Shown here: positions 13,541-27,289 of the stretch, piece by piece
How the letters are laid out: each line of letters starts with the position of its first letter
Position numbering within the stretch: position 1 is the first letter of the stretch
Assembly (NCBI GenBank): GCA_951406725.2
Contig: OX597826.1
Coordinates: 67,580,001-67,644,000 of the forward strand
Source of the DNA: Octopus vulgaris
Taxonomy: Eukaryota
DNA: 64,000 nt
Reading direction: 5' to 3'
Notes under the pieces: model-generated
Told to the model about the DNA's origin: nothing
The model's database searches: none
What the model saw: only the letters and a program-made list of their open reading frames with translations
Made by a program: the position numbers and the translations under genes

Positions 13541-15131
13541 AAGAATTTAATTTGGTCTCAGATTACGGTTACAAAAAATACCGCAACGGACGAGGATATT
13601 GAAATAATGTGCAAAATCCAAGACAAGTGGTAAACCAAACATCCAACTGGAAAGCACAAGGATAAACAACTAGAGACACTGCAACAGCCAATAAACGGAT
13701 TACACTGACCCCATGTTAAGTGACACGGGATTTCGCGAAGGAAACTTGACCAAGAACCTTGGAAAATAACAGCTCACTAACTGCGCTCATACCATACTAA
13801 ATAGAAAAGAAACAGAAATAAGCGTCAGCCAAATTAGTGACTTAAAACAAGATTTAGTGAATAAGTCAGAGTTAACACCTCTACTTGATTATGTAGGAAA
13901 AGTTTGAGAAAGAATATTGTAGACACATTATACCAATGCTAAATTGAATTAAATATAAAACAAGGTAATAGTTATAGAAATTCAAGCTTTCCTAGTAATA
14001 AATAAAAGTTATAATCTTCTAAACAGTCGTTAAATGAACTAGCTAGACTAGACGAGGAAAAAACAAGAAAATGATGCCTGTATTTATATCAAATAATTCA
14101 AATATTATACTAAAATATATTTGCTATGAATACGTTGGGGCAGTGTTTTATGGAAGTAGTAAACTATTATATAATATGGAGGATACGCGTACTTAGAAAA
14201 TATCTCATAAAGAATAATGGGAAAGTAATACAAATGTCTACAAAGCACAAGCAAAAAATTGTTTTCTGTTTTCAAGGAAGCATTAAATAGAAGACAAAAG
14301 TTGAAGCAACCGGGAGTTAGAAAGCTGGTGGTGGTGGTGGTGGTGGAAATAACTGATTTTATGCGAAACGAAAAACTAATGTAAAGATTGAAGCTGTAGA
14401 ATGGTGTGCAAAAGTAATGGCAAGAAAATCCCCGACAAGACCTGAAAAGACTGAAAGAGATTAAGAATACACTCCTCAGAACAAGATTAGAAGCATAGGA
14501 CTCGAAGCTAAGATCAAGGGATTTTTTTATTATGATACAGAATTGGATTTTCCGCACTACTGAAATTATGTCAGCGTTAGCATATATCAACTGAAAAGCG
14601 TTGGTATAAAATATATTAGAAGAGATTTTAGAGAATGCCAAAGAGAACATATTCTAGCATTAAGTCAATAATTCATATAGGCAACACATCGACAGTTTAT
14701 TGTTTTCAAGGACTAGTAGGAAAAGAAGTAGGCCATCACGGAAGTATCACTCCCACCTTATTATAATGTATCTCCACACGAGCTGGAAAAGCTATCTCAG
14801 TGAAAAGATCTTTAGGTAGGGATAATTCAAATGTGGCCGATGAATATAGAAAAATCTCTGTAATAAGATTGAGAAAGTACTGATAAATTAAGAATGTGTT
14901 ATCAAGATGCAGATGAAAACATAAGCGAAAACCCATGTCTTGTTTATATGCATAGCATACAAAGAGAAAACATAGCACTTGTAAGTGTTGCAAATATATT
15001 GTGTAGAGTACTTCCAGTGCAAAAGAAATCGCAAGAAACAACAAAACATTTGGGTGTCCAACAAAAGTACACAGCAGGGATTAAGACAACGAAATATAGT
15101 ATTTCTAGTAAAACGATAAACGTCACCCTTT

Positions 15132-15404
15132 TCAAGTCTAGCCAGGCTCATGGGCGGTTTCTGTGGCGTATGTGTTTCCCCCAGCTGGACGGGACGGCAG
15201 TACATAGCAGCGTTACTCAAAAAACAGGAAGAGAGAGTGAGAGAAATTTATGGCGAAAGAGTACAACAGTGCTCGCCACCACCCCGGACCGGAACCTAGT
15301 GGAGCTTCGCTCAATAAACACACACATAGCCCAGCCTAGGAATGGAAACCGCGATCCTCCGACCACGAGTCCGCTGCTCTAACCACTGGGCCATTGCGCC
15401 TCCA
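15132..15404 (-). mobile_element. SINE family C head with alternative tail
   Basis: Reverse complement head 'ggaggcgcaatggcccagtggttagagcagcggactcg'; tail related to 51160-51250. Confidence 0.8.
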
Positions 15405-15409
15405 CATTT

Positions 15410-15610
15410 TTTAGTATGGACAAGCAATTTTATAGTGAGGCGCGAGGTTAATCAACTACATCGAACACAGTACACAACTGGTACTTGTTGCATCGACCCC
15501 GAAAGGATGGAAAGCGAAGTCGAACGCTGCGGAATTTGAACTCAGATCGAGAAGAGTGGCGAAATACCGCCAAGTATTTGGCCTGGAGTGCTAACGTTTC
15601 TGCCATATCA
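15410..15610 (-). mobile_element. SINE family B, diverged
   Basis: 'tcgaccccgaaaggatggaaagcgaagtcgaac..gcggaatttgaactcag'. Confidence 0.75.
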
Positions 15611-17094
15611 TCTTCATGTAAATTAGTAATAAAATGTAATTAGTAATATTCTCAATGCATTGTTTCAATGCCATGTCAGACAACAAAATACATCCATAGA
15701 TTTTTGCCAATTCTGTATGTAATTAGCAGATGTAAATACTTAGTATTTATAGTATATAAATATTTAATAACAGGTTTTGGTTAAAATCATTAGTTACATT
15801 TTGTACTAAAACATAAATTAATAACTGTTTCTAACTTCGCTACAAATTCGCACATCTTTGAAGGAAATTGTTTTGCGGATTCCTTTGACGCTGGTTCGTG
15901 ATTTGTATCAACATATTTTTTTTTAACCTCAAATCATTGCAAGGCTCAAAGTTCCTGATTAGGTTTTGAACTCAAAATACAAAGGGACAATTAATGATAT
16001 CTTCTCCAAAAAAAAAATAAAATAAAATAAAAATAAAAAATAAGAAAAAAGGAAAATATTCGCGACGACATAAGATAATGAACTACTCCTGTTTTTTTTT
16101 TGCTTTTTTTTACCGTTTCTCTCAAAAATGTTTGTCTAATCAATAGAAAGCATGATTACACTTTGAAGATTTTGTGTCCTGTAATAAAACTTAACCGCCA
16201 GTTTAAAAAAATATAAATTACACTGCATTTGTTGTTTGGTGACTGCTGATGTTGATGCTGATGATGGTAGTGATGATAGTGGTAATCCTGATGTTGATGA
16301 TGATGATGATGATGATGATGGTGTCGATGATGATGAATATACTGAGGATGATGCTGATAACGTTTGTGGCTTTTTTGTTTGACGAAAAAGAAAATATCTG
16401 CCTGTGTAATAAAGTCGGGCTTGTAATAAAGAAGATGTCGCTGTTTCTGACACATACATGCACACATATTTTCTCTCCCTTTGACACACTCTCACTCTCT
16501 CCCTCTCTCTCTCCACTTCTCACTGACTCTCTATCTGTTTGTCCCTTTCTTTTCCTACTTCTTGTTTTCTATCACACTTACTTTCACTTTCTCTTTCCGT
16601 GTCTCATACTTCGTCTCACTTTATTCTGTCTCTTTTATTGTATCACACACACACACACACACTCTTTCTCTCTCTCTCTCTCTTTCTCCTACTTAATTAA
16701 ATCAGACGAGCTGTTTGAAAAGGTCTTGTTTGCTTAAGAAGACGAATTAAACAAGCAAAGAAAATAATTTAAAAAGACAACAAAACAGAATATAAAGAAC
16801 AGAAAAAAGTAATTTCGGTGCTGGAACATGGAAATAGATGGAGCTTCTAGACAGCTTTAGTAATCTGGTTATCCATCTCGAAGCATCGACGCATGCGCAA
16901 ACTCCTCTGTTTTCATCATTAGAGACGTCAGCTTTAACGTAAAGAGAAATGTTCCTATATAAGTGACACTGTTGACAGTTGAAAGAGTGTTATCATTTGT
17001 CACAGTCCATATTGTCTCTGGCTTTTTCGTTTAAACACGCACGCACTCGTGTATAGTCAGAAGTCTGCATATATATGCATACATACATACATAC

Positions 17095-17196
<102 letters not shown>

Positions 17197-17842
17197 ATGT
17201 ATGTATGGATGTATATATATGTATATATATATAAGCATATATATATGTGTGTCTACATATATTTATGCATGCCTGTATTTGTATATAGAGGTGTGCCTGT
17301 GTGTGTGTATGTATACAAATTTCGTAATAAGACACGTACTTACCTTACAGAGCACCTCATAATTGATATTAGTGAGATATTTTCCTCCAAAAGTACGCGC
17401 CCAATGTTTATGTTACTTTGTCTCACTTTATTCTGTTACTAATTGAGATTAAGACGTTAAGTCTACAGAGAGAAAGACTAAACTTGAATATTCAATTTCT
17501 AATACACGATATAAAGGAAATATGCGAGAATCTTATCTCGTCCTGAGTTCCGGTGCAAAATAATGTTATGTTTCGTGGGACACAACTCTCATCAGGTGAC
17601 GTATAAAAAATAGATTACTTGTGTGATCGGCTGTCAGTAACTGGTGACTACCGAAAATGTGGTACTTTTAAATTGAAAAAGTTTAATATATATATATACA
17701 CTCGTAAAATATAATTCCAAATGCTCGGTGAGAAATTGTGTCACGAGGCATTCGGTAATAACATACATACGTTATTTATAAGGCATTCCATAAACATGTC
17801 GTAGCTCTCTCTCTTTCTCTCTATCTCTCTGTCTCTCTCTCC

Positions 17843-18053
17843 CTCTTTTACTTGTTTCAGTCATTTGACTGCGGCCATGCTGGAGCACCGCCTTTAATCG
17901 AGCAACTCGATCCCGGGACTTATTCTTTGGTAAGCCCAGTACTTATTCTATCGGTCTCTGTTGCCGAACCGCTAAGTAACAGGGACATAAACACACCAGC
18001 ATCGGTTGTCAAGCAATGCTAGGGGGACAAACATAGACACACAGACACACACA

Positions 18054-18101
<48 letters not shown>

Positions 18102-18267
18102 TACGACGGGCTTCTTTCAGTTTCTGTCTACCAAATCCACTCACAAGGCTTTGGTCGGCCCGAGGCTATAGTGGAAGACACTTGCCCAAGGTGCCACGCA
18201 GTGGGACTGAACCCGAGACCATGTGGTTGGTAAACAAGCTACTTACCACACAGCCACTCCTGCGCCT
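17843..18267 (-). mobile_element. SINE family A, full length, well conserved
   Basis: Reverse complement of 54551-54991 along its whole length. Confidence 0.92.
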
Positions 18268-18549
18268 ATAGCACGTATATTTTTAACAAATGTTCATTCT
18301 ACTTAAGAATTATTGAAGACTGTGATGTTAATTCAGTACAGTGTTAGCATAACCGGAAAGAACCAGAGTCTGGTATCCCACTATCTACATAATGCAATGT
18401 TGCGGGAAATATATTTCATCAGATAGCGTATAACATCGTAACCTTCCAGAATGTTACAAAAAAATATGTCTCATTCAAAATCGTTTTCACCAAGAGTTCA
18501 TATATACATATTTGCATGTATGCATGTGGTTGAATATGTATACACGCAT

Positions 18550-19862
18550 ACACTTCATCTTACGTGAATATCCTCTCACAATTGTACACATTGTCCTTGT
18601 CAGGGTACGATCTGTGACCGTGCCTCTACTGTTCCTCCTCGCAACCGTCCCGATGTTGCCCGTCTCCCGTTTCCTCTCACATATTATAACTCCACCCTGA
18701 CCCCCAACACACCATTCTCCAAGCCTTCCCATTACTCTGACCCCTCCACCTCGCACATATCCCCAACCCCTTCCTTTCTTGAAACGAGCCCATAACCTGC
18801 GTGACCTCCTGTCCCACAGTTTCATCCCTAACCTGGCTCACATCCCTGCTCCCGCCCATGCTCTCTCACCTGCTGCTACCTCTCCAACACAGTCACCCAT
18901 CATCGTCCCTATCACATCATCGACCCCTTTACCAGCACTTCTAGCTGCATCTTCTGCTCTTTCTCTCTCTCTCTCTTCTTTCCTCTACGACATCAAACTC
19001 GGCCATGGCACCCCAATGTCGTGCCATTTCCGTTCTACCGGTCATACGCTACAACATCTGTCTGTTTTCGGACTGTCTATGCATAGGCATCATCCGGTCT
19101 CTTTGCCATGAACAAGAATTAATAATCTCACTTCGCTTCTTTGTAACACATGGACTCCACTCACCTCCTCTCTTCACCTGACACTAACCTCACTTCCTCT
19201 CTTCATTTGATACCAGCCCCACATCACTCCACAAACTCACTAGCACTGACCACTTCCCAGTCCACACACCACACATCATCATGCACATTCCCACACCCAC
19301 ACAAGCACATAATATGTATACAGGCTATGTATACATACGCACGCAACACGCATTAACACACGCAACATACATAGACAGAGATAACTTTGGACCACATATA
19401 TATATACCATATACATGCACAATGCGTGGTCACAGAAGTGCGCAAGCACACACACACGCATGTGCACAGACCACGTGGAAAACTACACATCAAGTGTTAT
19501 ACACCTCACACACACGTTACATACACATTAAAATCACGTATACACTCACACCCGTCACAATCACTCGCTCCTATCCGCACACAGATACGCACTCGTACAT
19601 CATTCTCGTGTTGAGATCACCAACACTTTATTATCTCCCTTTCCTTCAACCATCTTTTTCTTATTATTATCTCCCTTTCAACCTCTATTTTTTTTCTACG
19701 AGTTAGTTTCCTTCTCTCTCTCTGTTTATTTTCTCTTATTCCTTTCTGTTGAAGAGCGTAGGTTAGAAACGTAAAAAACTGTTTCATATTTCCCGAGCGT
19801 CAAACTAATAACCCCTGCTTGTTGTTCATACACTCCTCTCGTCTTTCGTTTTCTATAAATTT

Positions 19863-19868
<6 letters not shown>
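18550..19868 (+). mobile_element. Penelope-like element remnant: RT-endonuclease linker, GIY-YIG C-terminus, 3' pseudo-LTR, ending at (TA)n
   Basis: KRAHNLRDLLSHS ('R..NLRD.LV.S'); DIKLGHGTPMSCHFRSTGHTLQHLSVFGL ('PV..HF...H....V.GL'); EQELIISLRFFVTHGLH ('EQ.LI..L....P.GLN'); HHR-like motif near the 3' end. Confidence 0.75.
19742..19777 (+). ncRNA. Minimal type I hammerhead-like motif with variant core (CUGUUGA)
   Basis: ttt-CTGTTGA-a-gagcgtaggtta-GAAA-CG-TA-aaa at the expected pseudo-LTR position; core and stem II imperfect. Confidence 0.45.
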
Positions 19869-19924
<56 letters not shown>

Positions 19925-20490
19925 AGCTTGTAGTAGTGATATATTAATGAGTATGCAGAGTTTTAATTTTAACTTTTCAATGATGTAATAATGTATTTTC
20001 CTAATAAAAATATTGGTTAAATTAATTTCAATTTTATTTGTCTTGTTTTGGAGAGATTTATATAAAGCTTTAACTTTCAATATAGTAGTTTCTATGGAAG
20101 ACTGGTCGGATTATTATTTGTATGGCCTTAAAGATTGGTTGTGATTTAGCATATAATTTAGTTGTTACAGTTTACTTTTAATACCGATACAATGTACATT
20201 AGTTTAAATGTTTCTTTGTTGTAGTTTTATTAAAGTTAGTGTGTAATCCTGCCTATATATTGATTCATTGAAATAATGTTGTTATTAAGTTTTTAATTTA
20301 ATATTATTCTACGGAAGACGGTAGGGATTATAATTTTTGTATGACTTGATAGATTTGTCGCTGTTTAGTTACGTATTCAGAAATAGTTGTAAGTTACTTA
20401 TTGAAATTATTTATCGATAAGGTTGTACATAGGGCAAATGTATTTGAAAGTTGTGGTTTCGTTGGTTTGTTTGTTCCCTTACAACATTTA
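19925..20490 (-). mobile_element. Possible second, heavily decayed Penelope GIY-YIG remnant
   Basis: Scattered minus-strand peptides (NHNQSLR, PTSL, KLCIL) in the order expected for 'NH..SF..T.LS..C.LC'; many stop codons. Confidence 0.3.
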
Positions 20491-20631
20491 TTTTAGTGCT
20501 GCGGACACCACCGGGTTGAATGGTACTGCCGAGGTATCGAAACTATAATGATATCCGTGGGGCAGCCGATAATGGCGGTGTGTTGGATAGTTTGTTTGAC
20601 TGTGGAATAGTATGATAACACATATTTTGAT

Positions 20632-20664
<33 letters not shown>

Positions 20665-20719
20665 CACACACATATATATACACAGACACACACACACATA
20701 TTCATATATTGTTTTATTG

Positions 20720-21262
<543 letters not shown>

Positions 21263-21708
21263 AATATTAGGGAATATTATTCCAAACTTAGAGAGAAATA
21301 TTCAATTTCGTAATACTAAATCAAATTTCACAAAATAAAATATATGTATATAAATTAGAGAAAAACCACCTGTTATCAATTAGAAATTTAACCACCTTAA
21401 AATATATAATTTACCAATTATACACGATTTATTTATTATTTTGTATATTACTTAATCATAGGTATCTGTTTTTATCGTATAATTAATTTTTTTCTATATG
21501 GTATAATATAATTATTTCATTGTTGAATTGATAAAAGGTGTTTTTTCTAATTTATATACACACATATATATATACATACGCACATACACACACACACACA
21601 CGCACACACACATATATTTCTAATTACGGTGACCAGTGAATAGATTTCACTGTAAATATATATATTTGCAGAGGCTTGGCAGGCATCACCGCTAGCGGGA
21701 CTCGATAC

Positions 21709-21754
21709 TCTGGACTGATGACAGGCAAGACCCAGAAACATGCATGTCTTCGGG
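21709..21754 (+). ncRNA. Type I hammerhead ribozyme motif
   Basis: Stem I tctgga/ttcggg (wobble-rich); core CTGATGA 21715-21721; GAAA 21735-21738; palindromic stem III ACATGCATGT; predicted cleavage after GUC (21748); stem II weak. Confidence 0.65.
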
Positions 21755-23115
21755 TTGCTAGTCCTAGCTGGTGGGGGTGCTTGCCTCCCCTTTGCAAATA
21801 TAAGGACACAGGAAATGTGTCAAAGCCGACAGGAAGCGTCGATGCTTCCTAGGGCTATATAGCGGTAGCGTAATTCCCTTTACGGGACCGTCACGTTATG
21901 TTGACATTATACAACCACTATATCGCTCCACCACCGCTCATGTCTCTATGAGACATTAAGAAATTCAATATTCCTAATATATATATATGTATGTATATAT
22001 CTGCATATATATATATATATATATGTATATATAAATATATACCTATATATATGTATATATATATATATATATATATAATATGAATATAAATATGAATATA
22101 TATATATATGTATATTTATATATATGTATATGTATGTATGTATATATATATATATATACATATATAGGGATGGCCACTAGTTACTTTACCCATTTCTTTA
22201 TTATTTTTTAAATGGGTAAAGCGACATATGGCGTCCCTGTAGAAACCCACACGCACACACATCTACAAATTTATGTATACCTCTAACATACATAATACCA
22301 ATATATTTTATACATACATATGTTTGCATGTGTGTGCGAGTGCATTTAAGCATATTTTTCCCAAAGCCTCACCATTTTTGCAGATTCTCTTCTTTGTTTC
22401 GGTTGTTGGTGTTCTTCTTCTTAATGATGAAGAAATTATATGGAAGCGTCAACAACATTTTTATTCTATTGTAGTCAAGCTTTAATCTACCATTGTTACC
22501 GTAATTTTATTGTCTTTTTGTTGCTTTGACTCCTTATCGCATAGTACACACATTCTCGTTTATCACGTTAATTTGTTTGCTGGAATTATACTTTCTCTTT
22601 TATTACCTGTCGTAATATACTGGATACATTTTAATTCAACATCAGCACCAATTATGCACGCTCTTTATTTCTTATTCTTCTCTTCATCACTTCTTTCCTA
22701 ATCCACTACCATTATATTCTTGAACTCTTGCGAACTTTCTTTACTATAGCTTCAAGTTATCTAACCTCCTCCGTGTTATACAGTGTGACCGTAAAGGTTT
22801 CTTCATCTTTTCTATAGTTGCCTCTGTCTCTATGAAATCCTCTTAACAAAAACTTTGTACTCCTCTTTATTAAAACTCTCCCCAGTCGATGTTTTCACCA
22901 TCATTGCCAATGCGACCTCTCCTTTACTTCTATCGTCTCCTCACACATAAAAGAACAATAAACTCAGCTCAAACCTCTCAGTTTTCCATCAAACATACAC
23001 ATCCATCTCATATCTCAGGCAACTATTAACGCATCCATCACTTGTGAGTCGCTTTACAGTCATCCTCAACGCCGATCTGATCTCATCACCAAAGTAAGCA
23101 AAAATAAGCCGCTAT

Positions 23116-23547
23116 AGGCGTAGGAGTGGCTGTGTGGTAAGTAGCTTGCTTACCAACCACATGGTTCCGGGTTTAGTCCCACTGCGTGGCACCTTGGACA
23201 AGTGTCTTCTGCTATAGCCTCGGGCCGACCAAAGCCTTGTGAGTGGATTTGGTAGACGGAAACTGAAAGAAACCCGTCGTATATATGTATATATATATAT
23301 ATATATACATGTGAGTGTGTATGTGTGTATGTATGTATGTGTGTGTATAGGTTTTTGTGTCTGTGTTTGTCCCCCCAACGCCACTTGACAACCGATGCTG
23401 GTTTGTTTACATCCCCGTAACTTAGCGATTCGGCAAAAGAGCCAGATAGAATTACAAAGAATAAGTCCTGGGGTCGATTTGCTCGACTAAAGGCGGAGCT
23501 CCAGCATGGCCACATTCAAATAACTGAAACGGGTACAAAGAATAAAG
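23116..23547 (+). mobile_element. SINE family A, full length
   Basis: Head 'ggcgtaggagtggctgtgtggtaagtagcttgc', CORE-like 'gtggcaccttggacaagtgtctt'. Confidence 0.92.
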
Positions 23548-24324
23548 AGAGAGAAACAGAGTGTTTCTGTTGATCGCATTTGTCTACAGGGCTGAAACGC
23601 TGTCACAACTTCGCAACGTAGATTCCTTTCTATCACTTTTTACGTCCTAACTTCATTTCAGTCTTGTCCATCGATCGCCAAATCATTTTTCGTCCGTCAA
23701 ATTCTTTTTCTGTAACTTCAACGTTTAGATTCGCACATCTGACAACTAATATATTTCCAGGTAACTCGACATCAGCCTCTTACAATTGCTGCTGTTCCTC
23801 CTGATATCAAGGACATCAATAATCTCTCAGCTTCTTCCATACTTTTCCTTTTCTATTTCAGGCATCCCGTCTATTCTTCACTATAAATATAATTTCTCTC
23901 TTTATATTAACCCTTTTCTACAGTGTCTCAACTCAAAACAGGGGTCTCATTTTGCAGCATTTACACAAGCGTCATACCTTTACTCACAACTGCCTATGTG
24001 AGCTGCTTTCCAACCGCCACGTTTGCTCTTCCTTCTTTTGGTAAGAATAAAGCCAAACTCATCACATAAATAGGCTAAAAAAATGCATATCTTTTTTTTT
24101 CTTTTGCAAGTCCAACGAGTCTGCTAGATCCCTAATACAAATATAGAACAAAAATGTAACAAACCTGTATAACTATTTCTATATTATATTATATTATATA
24201 TAATATGATATAGAAATATTACAATATTATATAATAGTATATAATATAGAAATATATATTATAATATTATATAATATTATATAATATAGCAATATATTAT
24301 ATAGAAATATTATATAATATTATA

Positions 24325-24500
24325 CTGGGAGAAGTGGATTGTCGATTGTTTCGGCCATACTGTTCGACTGGTGCTTATTTTATCGAACCCTGAAAAGATG
24401 AAAGATAAATTAGACCCCGGTGGAATTTGAAATAAGAACTTAATGAGTTGGAAGAAGTAACTACCGCTAGGCATGTTGGCCGACGTTTGCAATGTTCTGC
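24325..24500 (-). mobile_element. SINE family B, old copy
   Basis: 'tttatcgaaccctgaaaagatgaaaga..gaccccggtggaatttgaa'. Confidence 0.6.
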
Positions 24501-24976
24501 TTGCTTGTCACGATTTTAACAATAAATATATTGATAAAAATAATAAGCGGAAAATATATAAATAATAAATAATGACACAGTGTTCGTAGTAATGTGGGTA
24601 GATAAAAATTCATTTCAAAATAAAGATTAGGTTGAAGCCAGAAAATTTCATGAGAAAATAAATTAAGTCAGGCGAAATTATAAGACAAGTGAAAACAAAA
24701 ATAAGATAAAATAATACGTAATTACAATGTGATGGTATGTTACAAACACAGAAGTGTTAATTGCTAAGCAGAAGTAGATACTTACGAAAGAAAGATAGAA
24801 GTTAGCAATAAAAAACTGGAACAACGAGAGATTCTTGAGGCAGACCCGTGAGAATAAAACTATCAGCTAATATAGCCGTGGAGTTCAGACTTACCGCAGT
24901 TTCTCAAAAAATATACATATATACATACAAAAATACATGCATATATACACGCAAATATCTTTGTATGTATCTTTGA

Positions 24977-25023
<47 letters not shown>

Positions 25024-25241
25024 TGAGAAAGTTGGTAACGAAGACATGACACGATGTAGGTAAGGACATTTGAGAAATTTGAAAAGTTATCACGAAACCG
25101 GTAATTTCTCCCAAAACAATGTTACTATATGCAAAATTTTATATCATTTTTTTCTAACATAACGACTTAAATATATTCTTTAACCTTATAAAACAAACGT
25201 TCTGTAGTTTTTTCACTCTTTTCTATTTTATATATATATGC

Positions 25242-25281
<40 letters not shown>

Positions 25282-25355
25282 ATCTATGTGTATATATACA
25301 TATATATGTATATATATCTGTATATGTATTTATGTATGTATGTATGTATCTATCT

Positions 25356-25392
<37 letters not shown>

Positions 25393-25561
25393 CATATGTA
25401 TATATATAATTTATATGTAAGGCCAAATAAAATATTTCCCGAAAATAGAGACAACGTCAATAACCATGTAATTAATCAATACAAACACGTGTTTCAAAGA
25501 AAGCCGACAAAAATTTCTAAACAATTACGTTATTACCATATCGGACCCGATTTCGGACTCT

Positions 25562-25675
25562 GATTCTAGGGTCAAAATTATGGGTGACAATTTCATATGA
25601 CACCGCTAGAAAAAACTGTCATTTTCTCTAGCGGTGTCATATGAAACTGTCACACATAATTATGACCCTAGAATC
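25562..25675. repeat. Near-perfect inverted repeat (about 52-bp arms), followed by a short TTAGGG tract at 25704-25723
   Basis: gattctagggtcaaaattatgggtgacaatttcatatgacaccgctagaaaaaa / ttttctctagcggtgtcatatgaaactgtcacacataattatgaccctagaatc. Confidence 0.9.
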
Positions 25676-26889
25676 GATCTACTGCATTTCAATCTATTTT
25701 AGATTTAGGGTTAGGGTTAGGGGTGGGGGAAGGGTATCATTTTTCGTCACAAATTTAAATAAACCCAATCCGTTTCTTAAACGAGGGACTTATTCATACG
25801 GCACAGAATGCTTTTTAACTCAATAGACGCCAGTGATTGGTTGAAATTGCTGAAATATAAGGAATTAAAGACGACATATGTTACAAAGTACAGAAGTTTC
25901 TCAAGAAAGCCAAGAGAAAATGATGTTTTATAAACACATTCTACCAGTATACAAAGTTTAAATTTTTTTAGTTACCTAGAAATTAGGTTAAAAACTGCCG
26001 TTCAAACCGAAAAGATCCGAAAATAATTCTTATTAGATATTATAATAAAATATAAAATAAAAAATATACTGTACACACGTCTTGTTAACGTAATATACAG
26101 CTGCCGCGTATGTAAATAGACTGAATTTCGTTATAGTAATGTGGTTAATAGTTAACATAACTATGATTTATGTTTTAAATTATAAAGATATAAAAAAATA
26201 TTATTTAATTATTAATACTAGAGGTTATACTAGGTTACTTGCTATATAATTCTTAAGTGATAAAAAAATCTTTGCTGACATTTCGTACTCTCACAAGCAA
26301 TAATGCGAATTAGGAATAAATGTTTTTAATTATAATTAACTGCATCAAAATATCGTTTAGGCAACCTAACGGCTCCTTCTGTTTTCAACACATTAACACA
26401 CGCATGCGCACAATTAAAATAAAACAAATTTGCATATACACAAATAACAGTTTTTTTAATGTTTTAAATACATTAGAACATACAAGTGCACATATCTGAA
26501 TTCAAGGCTAAGTCTATCAAGGATATATCAAGATTGGGATGTAGTGTAGTGTTCGTTTTTCTATCAAGTTCTAACCCTGATAAAATGTTCAGTTAACTAT
26601 AACTTAATATGAATTTTTCATTGAATGTTTCTAATTTGAATTAATTGAATGGGCTTGGAAACGATTGTAGCTTCTCTGAGTTTGATATTGTTTGGAATTG
26701 GATTTGCTTAAATAAATTGATGTCTATATCTCAATTTCTCAATTTTCTTCTTTTTCTTATACGTAAACGGTAATATACTCATATCCGTCAATGTGAAGCT
26801 AACATGATTTAATATTTCATTGATACACTGGACAAAACTGGGGAACTTGGATGAAATCGAATACCTTTTCAGCTCATCTTGTAACCGAA

Positions 26890-27195
26890 GCCTTCACACT
26901 AAGAACAACACACCAGTTGTTCGATATATTCCCTATTCTTCCGACTTGACTCTTCCAACATTGAAAATCGGGCTGAAAGGCTGAAGGAAATTATGAGAAA
27001 AGTGATGGCGGAGCTCCATAGCATTCTAGAGCAGACATTCCAGAGGAGTTACCAGCAGTGGCAGAACCATTGAGAGAAGTGTATGAACTCTTAAGAGAAG
27101 TGTTTTGAAGAGGATTAAATAGAATTTGTGAAATGTACAAAATCTTTTTTGCTTTTCATGCCCAAATTTCGGATAATTTTTGAACGCGACTCGTA
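26890..27195 (+). mobile_element. mariner transposase 3' remnant plus right end
   Basis: IPYSSDLTL ('PYSPDLAP' motif), then EQTFQRSYQQWQNH*EKCMNS*EKCFEED*; ends 'ttttgaacgcgactcg-TA'. Confidence 0.8.
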
Positions 27196-27289
27196 AACTT
27201 TAGCGTCATTAAATTTTTTTTAGTAAAGAATCAGAAGTGAGACCATCTGCAGCCAATCGGACACAGCAGTTGGTCTTACTCTTGTTATT

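Noticed and set aside
13050-14700. A-rich stretch that may be an old LINE ORF, including the 181-aa minus-strand ORF
   Set aside because: No diagnostic RT or endonuclease motif could be read with confidence.
17560-17600. Minus-strand CTGATGA...GAAA hammerhead-like motif
   Set aside because: Stems I and III cannot be formed; likely a chance match.
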